NCBI GenBank assembly: GCA_038087875.1
Contig: CM075993.1
Location: 1,304,001 to 1,368,000, forward strand
Length of the DNA stretch: 64,000 nt
From: Malacoraja senta
Taxonomy: Eukaryota
Direction of reading: 5' to 3'
Numbering within the stretch: the stretch's first letter is position 1; every line of letters begins with the position of its first letter. Below are positions 36,974-49,834 of the stretch, piece after piece. Made by a program: the position numbers and the translations under genes. The notes beneath the pieces are model-generated. The model had not been told where the DNA came from. It saw only the letters and a list, made by a program, of their open reading frames with translations, and made no database searches.

Positions 36974-39172
36974 ATATCCTTGACTCTGCCCCTGTCTCTT
37001 CCCACACTCCCACCTCACTGAAAGCCCTAGAAATTAAACGCTTCACTTGGATCCTGAAGGGCGGTAACGTTCGATTTGTTGCAGCCAGAGATGGAGGAGT
37101 TTGTGCAGTTCCGTTACAGGAAGGATGCGGAGCCTTTAGACAGGGTGCAAAGTTCACCAGAATGGAGGGTGGGAGAGGTGGAAAGATTCAGTTACAGTAT
37201 GAGATTGAAAAGGATGAAACAATGGATAATGAGGGCAGATTAGAGGAGTCTTGGGATCCATCATCACAGTTTCCTCAAAGTGTCACACCAGTCAAGAAGG
37301 TGTGTGGTTGCTCAGATCATTCAGTATAAAAGTTCTAAAGTCATGTTGCAGTTTTACAAACCTTTGGGTGAAGCCACACCTTCAATATTGCCTGCATTTC
37401 CGGTCACCCAATTACAGGAAGAATGTGGAGACTTTGAAGAAGGTGTAGACATAAAAAATGGAGTAACTCATCGGGTCAGGCAGCATCCCTGGCTCATCCC
37501 ATCTTCCCCGAGCTAACAATGATCCGTTCCATATTTTCCTTGACCTTCGTCCTCTTTGATGTCTCATTTTCACACTTTGTCCTTCCATATCTCTAGACTC
37601 CCTCTCAGATTGAAGAAGGATCTCGATCTGAAACGTCACCCATTCCTTTTCTCCAGAGATGCTGCATGACCCGTTGAGTGCCTCCAGCTTTTTGTGTCTA
37701 TCTTCTGTGTAAATGAGCATCTGCAGTTCCTTCCTGCGCAAGTTTACCAGAATGCTGCCTGGATTGCAGGACATTAGCTGTAAGGAGACGTTGGACTTTA
37801 ATTGTATTTCCTGGAACATCAGAGGTTGAGAGGAGACCTGATAGAAGTATATAATATTCTGAGAGGTATAGATAGTGTGGTCAGAACATTTTTTTCCAGG
37901 GGGTGGAAATGACTTCCGAGGGCAGAGTTTCAAAGTGAGAGAGACAATATAGAGAGATTTGTACGGCAAGAATCTCCATGTATACCTTTTTTCGAAGGTA
38001 GACACAAAAAGCTGGAGTAACTCAGCGGGACAGGCAGCATCTCTGGAGAGAAGGAATGGGTGACGTTTGGGTCGAGACCCTTCTTCAGACTGATGTCAGG
38101 GGAGGGGGCGGGACAAAGATAGAATGTAGTCGGAGATGTTTTTACTCTTTATGTTTTAATAACTTTTTTCTCTCTATATTGTTTACAAAGTACGATGTTT
38201 ACATATTCTGTTGTGCTGCTGCAAGTGAGAATTTCTTAGTTCTGTTTGATGCCATGGTACAATAAAACACACTTGAGGATATTTTTGCAGAGAGTGGAGG
38301 GTGCTTGGATCACACCCAGGAGAAGTGTTGGAACCAGATATGCTGGCAACATTGAGGAGGCATTGAGAGAAACAGATGAACAGGCAGGAAACCGATGGGT
38401 TGGGATCGTGTGCTGACAGATTGGATTAGTTGAGATTGACATCGTGACACGCACGTGAATGGTGGGACAAAGGGCCTGTAGCTTTGCTGGGTAACATATT
38501 CCAGTTTATTTATCCCGTCTAAAAATCAGCTTAAACCTATCACCAGCAGTTCTGGCGACGCAGGGAGCTGCTAGAATCTTGAACAAAACACAAACTGCTG
38601 GGGAACAGGAAGTTCTTGTTCATTGTAGCTTTACAAACCAAAAACCACCCAGATAAAACCGAATTCGGTGAAATTGTCAGTTTGACAGATTTTACTGTTT
38701 ATCATTGGTGTCAGATCTTTGACTCACACTCTCTTCGAGCCTTCCGTTCTACTCTCTACAACTGATCAGCACCCCAAGCAAGATTTTAAAAGCTTAGTTT
38801 ATATTTTAAGATCCGGCCACTGCCTCTTTTCCCCTCTCCCTTCAGGCAAGAGGTACATAAGTGTGAAAACGCCACCTCCAGATTCAGGGACAGTTTCTTC
38901 CCAGCTGTTATCGGGCAACTGAACCATCCTACCCCAACCAGAGAGCGGTCCTGAACTACTATCTACCTCATTGCTGACCCTCGGACTATCCTTGATCAGA
39001 CTTTACTGGCTTTATCTGGCACTAAACGTTATTCCCTTTATCTTATAACTGTGTCTTGATGTAATCGTGTATAGTTTTCCCGTTGACTGGTTAGCAGGCA
39101 ACAAAAAAGCTTTTCACTGTACCTCGGTACATGTGGCGACATACTAAATAAAGTCTAGTCCCAGTTATAATT

Positions 39173-39216
<44 letters not shown>

Positions 39217-39236
39217 GACACACACAGACACACACA

Positions 39237-39327
<91 letters not shown>

Positions 39328-40870
39328 AAACACAGACACAGACACAGACACACACACTTCCTCCTTACATTCATCTCCCATCATGTCTTTTAATTCTCTT
39401 TTATTCCACTCTCGTTCCCCTCCCCTTCAGAAAGATGGTAATGGAAGAGGAGTTAAAATGGTTTAGCAGCCGGGAGGTCTATCAAGGCCTTGGCAACAAA
39501 GAGGTGTAAAAACTCTCCCACCATGTACATGGTAATTTTTGTTTACCCCTCACGAGGAGCTGAACAGACCTACTCACACATAGTTTGATTCTCTCATGTG
39601 ATCAAACTTAAACGGGGGTCGATATTTTGGTCAGCAAGTTGTAGTTTATGTGGCAGTGGAAACGCTGACTGCTTTGTACCTGTTCAGTACATTAGTCATA
39701 TTTTCCATTGAATAGAGGAGACAGCAGCTTACTCATCGAGCTGAATGTGTGTTGTAGTTGATCGTGAGCTGGTGTGTTCAGCTTTTTCTTCAGAGATTAT
39801 CGCACTCACCTCGAATTCAGTAGGTTCTGGTCCACCAGAGATGTGAGCTTGGGTCCCTGTCTGGCACCATGGGTTTCAGCACTGAGGAAGCACTGACATC
39901 AGTATACTCTATTCGACATGTCATTAATCTGGATCATGGTAGATAAGGTGGTGAAGGAGGCTTTTGGCACACTGGCCTTCATCAGTCAGGGAATTGAATG
40001 TAGAAGAAAGGACACAGAGGGCTGGAGTAACTCAGCGGGTGGGTCAGGCAGCATCTGTGGAGAACATTCTTCTTTAGTCAGAGCATAGTTAATCTGTGAA
40101 TTAATTGCCACAGAGGGCTGTGGAGGCCAAGTCAGTGGATATTTTTAAGGCGGGATAGACAAAATCTTGATTAGAACGGGTGTCAAGGGTTATGAGGAGA
40201 GGGCAAGAAAATGGGATTAGGAGGCAGAGATCAGCCATGATTGAATGGCAGATTGGACTCGATGGGCCGAATGGCCTAATTCTAATATAACTTGTGAACA
40301 TGGATCGGCGACGTTTCCAGAGTTCCCCATGTTCTCCAGAGATGGTGCCTGACCCACTGAGTTACTCCAACATTTGCGCCTTTTTTGTAAACCAACATCT
40401 GCAGTTCCTTGATTCTCCAACTAACCTTCCAAGTTGAGACGTAATGTTGCAGTTGTACAAGACGTTGGTGAGATCACACTTGAAGTGTTGTGTTCAGTTT
40501 TGATCGTGCTGTGATCGGAGAGGTGCCATTGAGCTGGAAAGATTGCAGAGAAGTTTTTGCAAGAGTGTGGCCAGGATTTTGGAGCTTTGGAGAGAGGGAG
40601 GTGCTTTACTCCTTGGAGCTCAGGTGGTTGAGGAGTGATCATGTAGAGGCGTATAAGGTCATGAGGGGAATAAATAGGGTTCAGTCCTGCGTTTTTATGT
40701 TTTGCTACTTTGGTATTGGTGTTTTATCAGTCTGAAGAATAGTTTCGGCCCGAAAAGTTGCCCATTTCCTTCGCTCCATAGATGCTGCTGCACCCGCTGA
40801 GTTTCTCCAGCACTTTTGTCTACCTTGGTGTTTTATTTATTGTGACGATTGTTGTCCTTAACCTGTGCAC
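36974..40870 (+). other. U12-type (minor spliceosome) AT-AC intron, CRTC3 intron 3
   Basis: 5' end ATATCCTT (36974-36981); branch point TCCTTAAC (40855-40862); terminal AC (40869-40870). The junction gives in-frame ...KHGRQ|FDSSPYG.... Confidence 0.92.
39178..39357 (+). repeat. (CA)n microsatellite
   Basis: Long interrupted CA run. Confidence 0.97.
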
Positions 40871-40932
40871 TTTGACAGTTCCCCGTACGGATCAGTTTAT
40901 CTCTCCCCACCACCGGACACCAGCTGGAGAAG
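40871..40932 (+). CDS. CRTC3: CRTC3 coding exon 4
   Basis: ac|FDSSPYGSVYLSPPPDTSWR(R)|gtaaga; 62 nt, phase 0-2. Confidence 0.92.
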
Positions 40933-42655
40933 GTAAGACTATTTGAGATTCCACGTCTCTTGCCTTCTGCTCTCCGTCACAGGCTCTCTTCACGACTCTT
41001 GCGTTACGTCCAATTATTGTCTTTGTTGAACTTTCCATTCATTCTAAACGTCTAGTCTCTTGTTGTCACGTGTACCGAGGCACGGCGAAAAGCTTTTGTA
41101 TGGGTGTTATCCAGTCGAAGAAAAAGACTATTCATCAATACAATCGAGCCGTCCACAATGCACAGATACAGGGTGCAACATTTACGATGCGATAGAACTT
41201 TATTTATCCTAGGAGGGAAATTGATCTGCCAACAAGATACATGAAACATGGAATTAAAATGACGAGTGGAAATGATTGGGGATGTGCAAAGATTGGGGAG
41301 GGGAGGGGAGGGGGGAGTCAGTCTACCCCACGACAGAAGGGGGTAGTGCAAGATATAACACTGAAGTCCGATAAAGTCTGATTAAAGAAAGTTTACTGAG
41401 GTAGATGGGAGGTCAGGTGTGCACTTGAGGCAGGCAGGTCCCACACGGGGACTTGAGAATATAAATGTTCCCACGTTGGTATTCCAACCCGCTTGGATTC
41501 ATTGCTGGATTCATTGTCTATTGAAACATGTAACATTCTTGAGGGATTGGACAGGCTAGATGCAGGGAAAATGTTCCCCATGTTGGGGGAGTCCAGAACC
41601 AGGGGTCACACAGTTTAAGAATAAAGGGTAGGCCATTTCGGACTGAGATGAGGAAAAATGTTTTCATCCAGAGAGTTGTGAATCTGTGGAATTCTCTGCC
41701 ACAGAAGGCAGTGGAGGCCAATTCACTTGATGTTTTCAAGAGAGAGATAGATTTAGCTCTTGGGGCTTAAGGCATCAAGAGATACGGAGAAAAAGCAGGA
41801 ACGGGGTACTAATTTTAGATGATCAGCCATGATCATATTGAATGGACTCGAAGGGCCGAATGGCCTCCTCCTGCACCCATTTTTCTGTTTCTATGGTGGT
41901 TATAAATTGGAGTTGTTTGAAGAGATCGAAGAAGGTCTTCAAAATGGGGAATGGTTTTGATAGACGAGATGGTAGCAGAGGACACAGATCTAAAATTAAT
42001 CTACTGAAATCCCAAGAATATTTATGGAATTTGGAATAAAAAGTATGATCCCGGGCTGCCTGAGAGAGAGGCATACCCAGGTCCAATGGGAAATTGGAGA
42101 GATGAAGTGGGGAAGTGAGGAAGGGGATAGAGACAAAATGCTGGAGTAACTCAGCTGGACAGGCAGCATCTCTGGAGAGAAGGAATGGATGACGTTTCCA
42201 GTCGAGATCCTTCTTCAGACCCGAAACGTCACCCATTCCTTCTCTCCAGAGATGCTGCCTGTCCCGCTGAGTTACTCCAGCATTTTGTGTCCATCTTCGG
42301 TTTAAACCAGCATCTGCAGTTTCTTCCTACACGTGAGGAAGGGGACATCTCCAGGGTGTGTGCAGGGAGAGTACTTGGACGTATTCTGCAATGGCACCCA
42401 AGACCTTTGGTGTACGTTTCCGATGTGTTGTGCTGGAAAGGACTGTTCCTTTTCTGCATTGTTTATCCGTGGAGCTTTCCTGAACCAGCAGGTGTGATTG
42501 GTCTAGGTTTATCCGGGTTGTTAAAAGACTAAAGAAACTGCAGATGCTTGAATCTGGAAACAAAATCAAGAGGTGTGGAAGAACTCAGCAGGGCAGGCGG
42601 CATCTGTGGAGGCAAAGGATGCAAGTCGATGTTTCTGGGTCAAGACCTAGCGTTG

Positions 42656-42980
42656 CCCTTGTCCCACAGTACAAGGTAATTCAAGAGTTCTCCCGAGTTT
42701 TCCCCTGATTCGAACTCGGAGAATGTCCGTAGGAGTTCGTGGATGTCCCATAGCGGCTTGTAATGCTAACGGCAGGTACTCGGGACATCCGTTAACTCGT
42801 GACGTTTTTTCATCCCTGCAAAAAATGTCCACGAGTAAAAAAAATACTCGTGATGTAAAAAATTGTTGCTTTTTATACCTACTGTTAGCATTACGTGCTG
42901 CTACGGGACATCCACGAACTCCTACGGTCAGGGGAAAACTCAGGAGAACTCGTGAATTACCTCGTGCAGTGGGACAGGGG
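42656..42980. mobile_element. Non-autonomous TIR element with long inverted arms (related TGTCCCAC terminus)
   Basis: cccttgtcccacagtacaaggtaattcaagagttctcc... / ...ggagaactcgtgaattacctcgtgcagtgggacagggg. Confidence 0.75.
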
Positions 42981-45900
42981 GGACAGGGGCTCGTGGTAGA
43001 GCCAGATGAGGTGGAGGTGGGAGAAGGAGTGGGCGAGGATGGGGAAGGTAAGTGAACATACCTTGCCAGGCTTTGCCCCAATACCACCCTCTCTTCCAGC
43101 TTTCTCCACCCCACTCCCATCAGTCTGAAGAAGGATGGCGACCCGAACCATTCCCTCCACAGATGCTGCCTGACCTGCTCAGTTCCTCCAGCATTTTATG
43201 TTTTTCTCAAGAATCCAGCATCTGTGGTTCCTTGCGTCTAGATTTTTCTTCAGATCCATCTCGGGTGTTGTGGGCACGTTCCACAGTGTAGTGGTTGCAG
43301 GGTGAATGGGGCATGGGGTAGCGAGCGATGTGGGGTGTGTGTGCTTGGTGTGATGGGGTTCACGACTGATTTGATGGGAGCTTGGGTGAGTACAATATGT
43401 CTTTGAATAGTTCGATGCAGCGTATATAAATGCCACCACAATGTATGATCCGTGTTATAAAGTCACAAAGCATGGAAACAGGCCCTTCGGCCCAACTTGC
43501 CCATGCAGAATGAGATGCCTCATCTACACTTGTCCCACCAGCCTGTGTTTGACCCATATCACTCTAAACCTCAGACACAAAAAGCTGGAGTAACTCAGCG
43601 GGACAGGCTGCATCCTTGGAGAGAAGGAATGGGTGACGTTTTGGGTCGAATTTCTTCTTCAGACTGAGAGGGGAGAAGGAATGGGTGACGTTTCGGTGAA
43701 TGGGTGTGGTACAATAACAACATTTAAGAGACATTGGGACAGGTGCACGGATAGGAAAGGTTTAGAGGGAGATAGACACAAAATGCTGGAGTAAATCGGC
43801 GGGACAGGCAGCATCTCTGGAGAGAAGGAATGGGTGACGTTTCGGGTCAAGACCCTTCTCCAGACTGAGGGGAGAGGAAATGGGTGACGTTTCGGGTCAA
43901 GACTGAGACCTCTCCTCTCTCTCCCTCTAAACCTCTCCTACTCATGTTGTGCATTTTCAGTCTAATTCTTTGATCAGATATTTCCTGTTTACCTTTCATT
44001 GCTGGAAGGCATATTTTAAAGCCTATTCCACAGCAGCCCTACATCCTGAAATCTCCATTGAGCAACTGTGCAAATGTCCAGCTCCCAGTGAAATTAGAGC
44101 AGGATTGCAGCTCGCCACTGCCCCCCACAGGTTCTTCCTCAAATTGCGAGCACAGTTTGGAACTTTGTTGAGACCTGTCTTCAGACTGAGAGTCAGAGGA
44201 AAGGTTTTCACAAAGGAAGATACAAAGTGCTGGAGTAACTGATGCATCAATCTGAAGAAGGGTCCCGATCTGAAACATCACCTATCCATGTTCTCCACAG
44301 ATGCTGCCTGACCCGCTGAGTTACTCCAGCACTCTGTGAAACGTCACCTATCCATGTTCTCCACAGATGCTGCCTGACCCGCTGAGTTACTCCAGCACTC
44401 TGTGTCCTGAACTTCACTGAAGAATGGTGGTTATTTGAGTAAGATGGGGGGCGTCTGTACCCAGCCTCTGTGGAGAGGGAGGGGAGTGTACTGGGTGGGA
44501 CATGGGGGAGGGGGGAGGGATTTGGCCCAGTGTTAGCCGTGTGCGGTAAATGCCCCCCTGGACCTGCTGTGACGTTTGGACACCCACGTTGTGTGAAGTG
44601 GCCAAGTCCCGTAATAAACTCGTGGGAACTGGCAACGTGGTCCTTCCCAGCGGTCTGGTATGTTGGGTCTGAACTGGCCATGTCTGGGACAAGCTATCAA
44701 AGAAAAATCTAACTGAACCCAGATTTGTACATCTGCCAGGTTGCTCTTCACCAATGTGGAAGAATATTGCTCCAACAAGCCTTTATTTCTGACTGAAAAT
44801 GTGCACTGTTTTAAGGAATGTTAAACCTTGTGTTATGATGTTTTACTTCATGTTCTTTTAAATTCCTCGAATGATACAAAGCCCTGCTGGTCACTAATTC
44901 ACTCTACTAACCAGGGTGGCTGCCCGGATCCTCCCTGCTCTTTGGTCTTGTGCTTCTGCTAACCACAGCTGCTAACAAGCTTGTCTACCACTCCATGTCC
45001 AGAGTGTTGCTCCATGATGCTGTGTTATTATTATTACCCATGCTTGGTGCTTGATGTCACAGCAACCCCCTCCGTCCCGAACCCTGGTCTCCCTCATGTT
45101 TTAAATATCCTCCCTCTCAGAGGTACGGAGGTTAGCCAGAACTTTGCTCAAATACAGAAACTGGCAGGAGGGAAGAGCAAGCGACTTGAGTTGCCCCTTT
45201 ATTTGACAGCCCTCAACTCCCTCAGTCATGAGCCCAAACCGTGTTGGTGAATCAGCAGAGTGCTGGCTGATAATCTATGTAGAGAAATGATGAACGGGTT
45301 GGGGTACCGATCACTGTTAGTGATGAGAATAGCTGCAGCCAGTCGATTTATAATTTGGACACCAGTACTGATGGGAAGCCAATATTCAGGAAAGACGCTC
45401 AATGCTGGAGTAACTCAGCGGGTCAGGCAGCATCTCTGGACAACGGATAGGCGATGTTTCTGGTTAGGTCCCTCTCAGAAGGTCCCGACCCGAAACGCCA
45501 CCAATCCACGTTCTCCAGGACTGCAGCTGGACCCACTGAGTTACTCCAGCATTTTGTGGTTTTCCTCAGTCAGTCAGCATCTGCAGATACTTGTTTCGAC
45601 TCTAGCTTTACATTCAACTTTTTGCAAAGTTTTAAAAAGTCAGAACGGAAGCTGGGAACAAAATCCGGTTTTCGCTGTGGGAGAGGTTGTGTCCGGACAG
45701 TCCAGCGATACGTCCTGCAGGTCGGGGTTGTGGCGGGTGAGAGGAGGGTGCCTGTGGGGAGAGGTCTCATCATGCCACCGCACTCACATGCATCTCCTCA
45801 CTTCTCACTGGGAGTTCAGTTGCAATGTGGCCGCAGGACGCCAGTGCCTGCAGGTTGGACGGTCACACAGACAGGCCAGGCAGCAGCAGCTTTGAATGGA

Positions 45901-46184
45901 CACTCTGCTTCTTCCGTCCATCATCCATGTTTCAAATGTTGACATCTCTGTCATCGTCTGTCCCGAAAAGGACGGCAGCTTCCGGCGACAATCAGTGGGA
46001 GCCATCACTTGTTGCATTAGATGATGGTGGTAGCAGAATTAGCTCAGGATACTTCCAGTTTCCAGCCCCGCCACCTGGACGCTTCTGCTATGGGGCCTGA
46101 ATGGACTCTGTGTGGGCGTTACAGGGACTCACTCTGTGTCATGGGCTCCACCAGACGCCTCTCTCGCTCCTAATGCTGCGCCAG

Positions 46185-46720
46185 CTCTCTCCCTCTACTC
46201 CCTCCCTCTCTCTACTCCCCCCCCCTCTTCCCCTCTTCACCTCGCTTCTACCCTCTACCCTTCCCTCCCTTCCTCTCTCTCTCTCCCTTCCTCTCTCCCT
46301 CTCCCCCCTCTCCACCTCTCCACCTCTCCTTCTACCCTCTCCCCTTCCCTCCCTTCCTCTCTCTCCCTCCCTCCCTCTCTCTACTTCCTCCCTCTCCCCC
46401 CTCTCCCCCTCTCCACCTCTCCTACCCTCTACCCTCTTCCTTCTCTTCCTCTCTCCCTCCCTCCCTTCTCCCTCTCTCCCTTCCTTCCTCCCCCTTTCTC
46501 TACCCCTGTCATGGTCTCTCCCTCTCCTTGTCCCCATCCGCTCCCTGTCTGCTCCACGTCTACTCCTCTCCCCATCTCTCTCCTCCCAACTCCATGACTG
46601 TCCCTTCCCTTTCCCCGCCTCTCTCGGTCTCTGTCTCTCTCAGTCTCTCTCCCCCTCTCTCTCCCCCCCCCCTCTCTCTCCCTCCTCTCTTTCTCTCCCC
46701 TCTCTCTTTCTCTCTCCCCC
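46185..46720 (+). repeat. Polypyrimidine (C/T) low-complexity tract
   Basis: ~530 nt almost entirely C/T, ending ~80 nt before exon 5. Confidence 0.9.
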
Positions 46721-46801
46721 TCACACACACACACTCTTTGTGGAGGGTGAGAGTGAATGAAGATCTCTCTGTTTGAAAGCTTGTTTTTCTGCTTTGTGAA
46801 G

Positions 46802-46867
46802 GAGATTCCCACCCTGGGACAGTGAGGAGAAACCACCTGGATTGAGACTGATCCCGGCCCTCAGCAG
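46802..46867 (+). CDS. CRTC3: CRTC3 coding exon 5 (symmetric 66-nt exon)
   Basis: tttgtgaag|(R)RFPPWDSEEKPPGLRLIPALS(R)|gtgatg; resembles recalled human CRTC3 QQPPWKDEKHPGFRLTSALNR; phase 2-2. Confidence 0.82.
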
Positions 46868-48216
46868 GTGATGTGTTTTCACAATCTTCCTCCTCATCAG
46901 CTCAGACCTTTAGAGTAACACCCAGTTACACCCTGCAGTTCATTGCGGACGTACACCAGCGCTGATCTCCACGAGGTCTTTACTGCCTCTGCCCCTTGCT
47001 CTGCCACACTCAGCCTAGAACCCACCCAGACCCGACCTTGCCCAGAGCCAGGGACTGTTCACCAGCTCCACCGTCATGTGGACTGAGGGACTTTGTCAGA
47101 GATTTCAAGCTTTGCCATTCTTAATTAGTACGGATGCCAGGGGGTTATGGGGAGAAGGCAGGAGAATGGGGGTGAGAGGGGAAGATAGATCAGCCATGAT
47201 TGAATGGCGGAGTAGACGTGATGGGCCGAATGGCCTAATTCTGCTCCTAGAACTTAACTATTCAAAGAACATGCTTCAAGGAAATGGGGGGGGGGGAGAG
47301 AGAGAGAAATAGAGAGAATGTAAGAGAGAGAGAGAGTAATCCTTGTGAATGGTGATCATTGACACTGTAAAATCCCAACAAATTTCCCCGTGGCCATATG
47401 CTATTCAGAATCGGGATGGCTCTGCATCTCGAGTATTTGCAGTGACATTGGAAGTTGAGCAGAGAGAGGGGTGGGCAGGAGGGCAGTTGTCCAGGTGCCC
47501 GGTCACTTGCGCTGGGACCACCGTGTGCACACACCAATACCCACACCATGCACGGACGGTGTTACAGCAGAGAGTTTCCATTTCCCACACGTTAGCTGGT
47601 GGAAGTTTAAATTCAAGTCTTGAAATACGATAGAATATTTGTCCCAGGAGGGAAATTGCCGACAGTCATAAAAACACAAAAACACAAAATACATGAAGCC
47701 TGACATGAAGTCTGTAATAAAAGGCACAGGTGGGCACAAAGTCTAGATTATTGTCTACACCCACCTTGTTCACTAATGGCCTCAAGGGAAGAATTTCTGC
47801 TGTCCATGCCTCTGCTGTGTGAGTGGACACTTGTGGAGGGAGGGGCAATGAGTGCGGGGGTCACTGCGAATGTCCTTGCCCTCTGGGTGATTGTGTCGGA
47901 GAGGTGTGATACACAGGTGCTGGAGTGGTAGTGGACAAGGAGTCGGTGCCAGGTGGTAAAATAACTTGACCAGTTACCCTCTGACAAGCCCGCCTTCCTC
48001 CAACCCTCCCCTCCCCTCCCCTCCCTCCCCACCAATCGCAAGTGGCTCAGTGCTGGAGAATGTGGTAAAGGTTTGGCAATGGCAGAAGGGTTTTGACTCG
48101 TGTGGGGTGGGTGGGTGGGGTGAGGGGGAGGTGTGTGTGTGTGCGTCTTGTCACCCTCGCATGGTGAAGCTGCCGTCTGTGGGCTGACCTCCCCTCTCCC
48201 TCCCTCTCCCCTGCAG

Positions 48217-48320
48217 GACCAACTCTGACTCTGCTCTGCACACCAGCGCTCTGAATCCCAGTGCACAGGATGCCTTCATGGGAGGGGGCCAGACCTTCTC
48301 TCAGCAAGACCGGCGTCACG
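48217..48320 (+). CDS. CRTC3: CRTC3 coding exon 6 (SIK/14-3-3 site RTNSDSAL)
   Basis: ccctgcag|(R)TNSDSALHTSALNPSAQDAFMGGGQTFSQQDRRH|gtgagt; 104 nt, phase 2-1. Confidence 0.94.
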
Positions 48321-48418
48321 GTGAGTTGTCCGTTGGTAGCCACGGGGCACGGAGCCACAAGGGCTCCCTGGATCTCGCACGCACTGCCCCGAGTGGGAGT
48401 CTGAGAGGGTCGATCAGC

Positions 48419-48686
48419 GGGTTGTCCACTGCTTTTGGGGCAGGTCCTGGCCAGGGACGTCCATGGGGTCATCGATGTAATGGTGTAGCCTAGATGGTTC
48501 TGCTGACTTCCAGTGGTCTCTCCATCTCGTCTTGACCCAGACAGTGGAGCACATAGTCACCAGTTGCCCCAAACACCGGCCACCGAATGATGAACGAGGT
48601 CTGATTGACCTGGACGATGACACGTTGGCCTGGCTCGCCTCAACGGAGCTGCAGGTCTAAAAGACACACGGCAGAGGAAGAAGAAG
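48419..48686 (+). mobile_element. Same LINE family, copy with 5' inversion
   Basis: ~48419-48535 is the reverse complement of ~11638-11755; ~48536-48686 is direct and ends in gaagaagaag; TSD gatcagcgggt/gatcagtgggt. Confidence 0.8.
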
Positions 48687-49428
48687 ATCAGTGGGTAGAG
48701 CCGCTGCCTCACAGCGCCAGGGACCTCGGTTCAATCCTAACCACGGATACTCTTGGTGCGGAGCTAGCACGTTTTCGCTGTGACCGCGTGGGTTTCCACC
48801 GGGTGCTCCGGTTTCCTCGCACTTACCAAAGACGTGCGGGTTTGTAGGTTAATTGGCTTCTAGAAATTTCCCCCCAGTGTGTCGGGAGTGGATGCGAAGG
48901 TGGGGTAGCGTAGAACTGGTGTGAACGGGCGTTCGGTGGTGAGAGTGCATTCGACGGGCCGAAGGGCCTGTTTCAACGCTGTGTCTCTTAATTAAACTAA
49001 ACATTGAATGGAGAGAGAGTCAAGGTTCGTGATCTCAGGTCTGCGCTCAGATCGTGAATAGGAATTCAGACAATTCAGAAGGTGGCACGATGGCGCAGCG
49101 GTAGAGTTGCTGCCTCACAGCGCCAGAGTCCCGGGTTCGATCCTGACTACGGGTTCGTACATTCTCCCCGTGACCTGCGTGGGTTTTCTTCGAGATCTTC
49201 AGTTCCCGCACATTAACACCATCCTCCACACACCGGGGACAATTTTACATTTATACCAAGCCAATTAGCCTACAAACCTGTACGTCTTTGGGGTGTGGGG
49301 GGAAACGGAAGATCTCGGAGTAAACCCACGGGGAGAACGTGCAAACTCCGTACAGACGGAGCCCGTAGTCGGGATCGAACCTCGGCGCTGTGAGGCAGCA
49401 ACTCCACCGCTGTGCCACTGTTGAAATG

Positions 49429-49551
49429 TTCAAAGACTTTGCTGTACGCTGGGGTTTTCGCCACATCACCAGCAGCCCTGAATATCCTCAGTCAAATGGG
49501 CTGGCTGAACGAGCCGTCAGGAGTGCCAAACAATTAACGGAACAATCGCAC
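49429..49551 (+). mobile_element. Ty3/Gypsy integrase core sliver
   Basis: Translates FKDFAVRWGFRHITSSPEYPQSNGLAERAVRSAKQL (rve-type motif with the catalytic Glu). Confidence 0.85.
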
Positions 49552-49798
49552 TTCTGACACCATGTTGAACGTGATCAAACTCACACAGTGTGGTTAGAAT
49601 CCCAAGTCTTTTATCAGCAACTCTACAGAGGTAACCATCTCAGCATGCATAACTAAACTAAGAGAGAGAGAGAGTGAGTTCTCTAATAAGCCTGTGGGCA
49701 GAGCCACGCTGTGACACTCATCTACATGGGTGCAGTGAGATTTCCCACTGGTGTCTGGCCTACTACCCAGCCTGATTGTCTTCTCTTTGCTTCCACAG

Positions 49799-49834
49799 TG
49801 AACTATTACGATGAAATGGACAGTCTGGGAGAAG
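49799..49834 (+). CDS. CRTC3: CRTC3 coding exon 7 (36-nt micro-exon)
   Basis: ttgcttccacag|(V)NYYDEMDSLGE|gtgagt; strong splice sites; phase 1-1; position matches the short GFCDGENNGHGE segment recalled for human CRTC3. Confidence 0.75.

Noticed and set aside
39155..39384. Cys/Val-rich ORFs
   Set aside because: (CA)n microsatellite translation.
39805..39930. Faint resemblance to ancient Deu-domain SINEs (also ~3890-3990; another old SINE-like stretch at ~29020-29290)
   Set aside because: Too degraded to assign by eye; needs a Dfam HMM search.
44275..44405. ~65-bp direct tandem duplication
   Set aside because: Local duplication within a Penelope-terminus unit; no separate significance evident.
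45260..45942. Overlapping 211-aa and 162-aa ORFs in CRTC3 intron 4
   Set aside because: They run through a Penelope-terminus repeat and show no recognisable domain.
46101..46836. Long Pro/Leu/Ser and Arg/Glu/Gly ORFs
   Set aside because: Artefacts of the C/T low-complexity tract.
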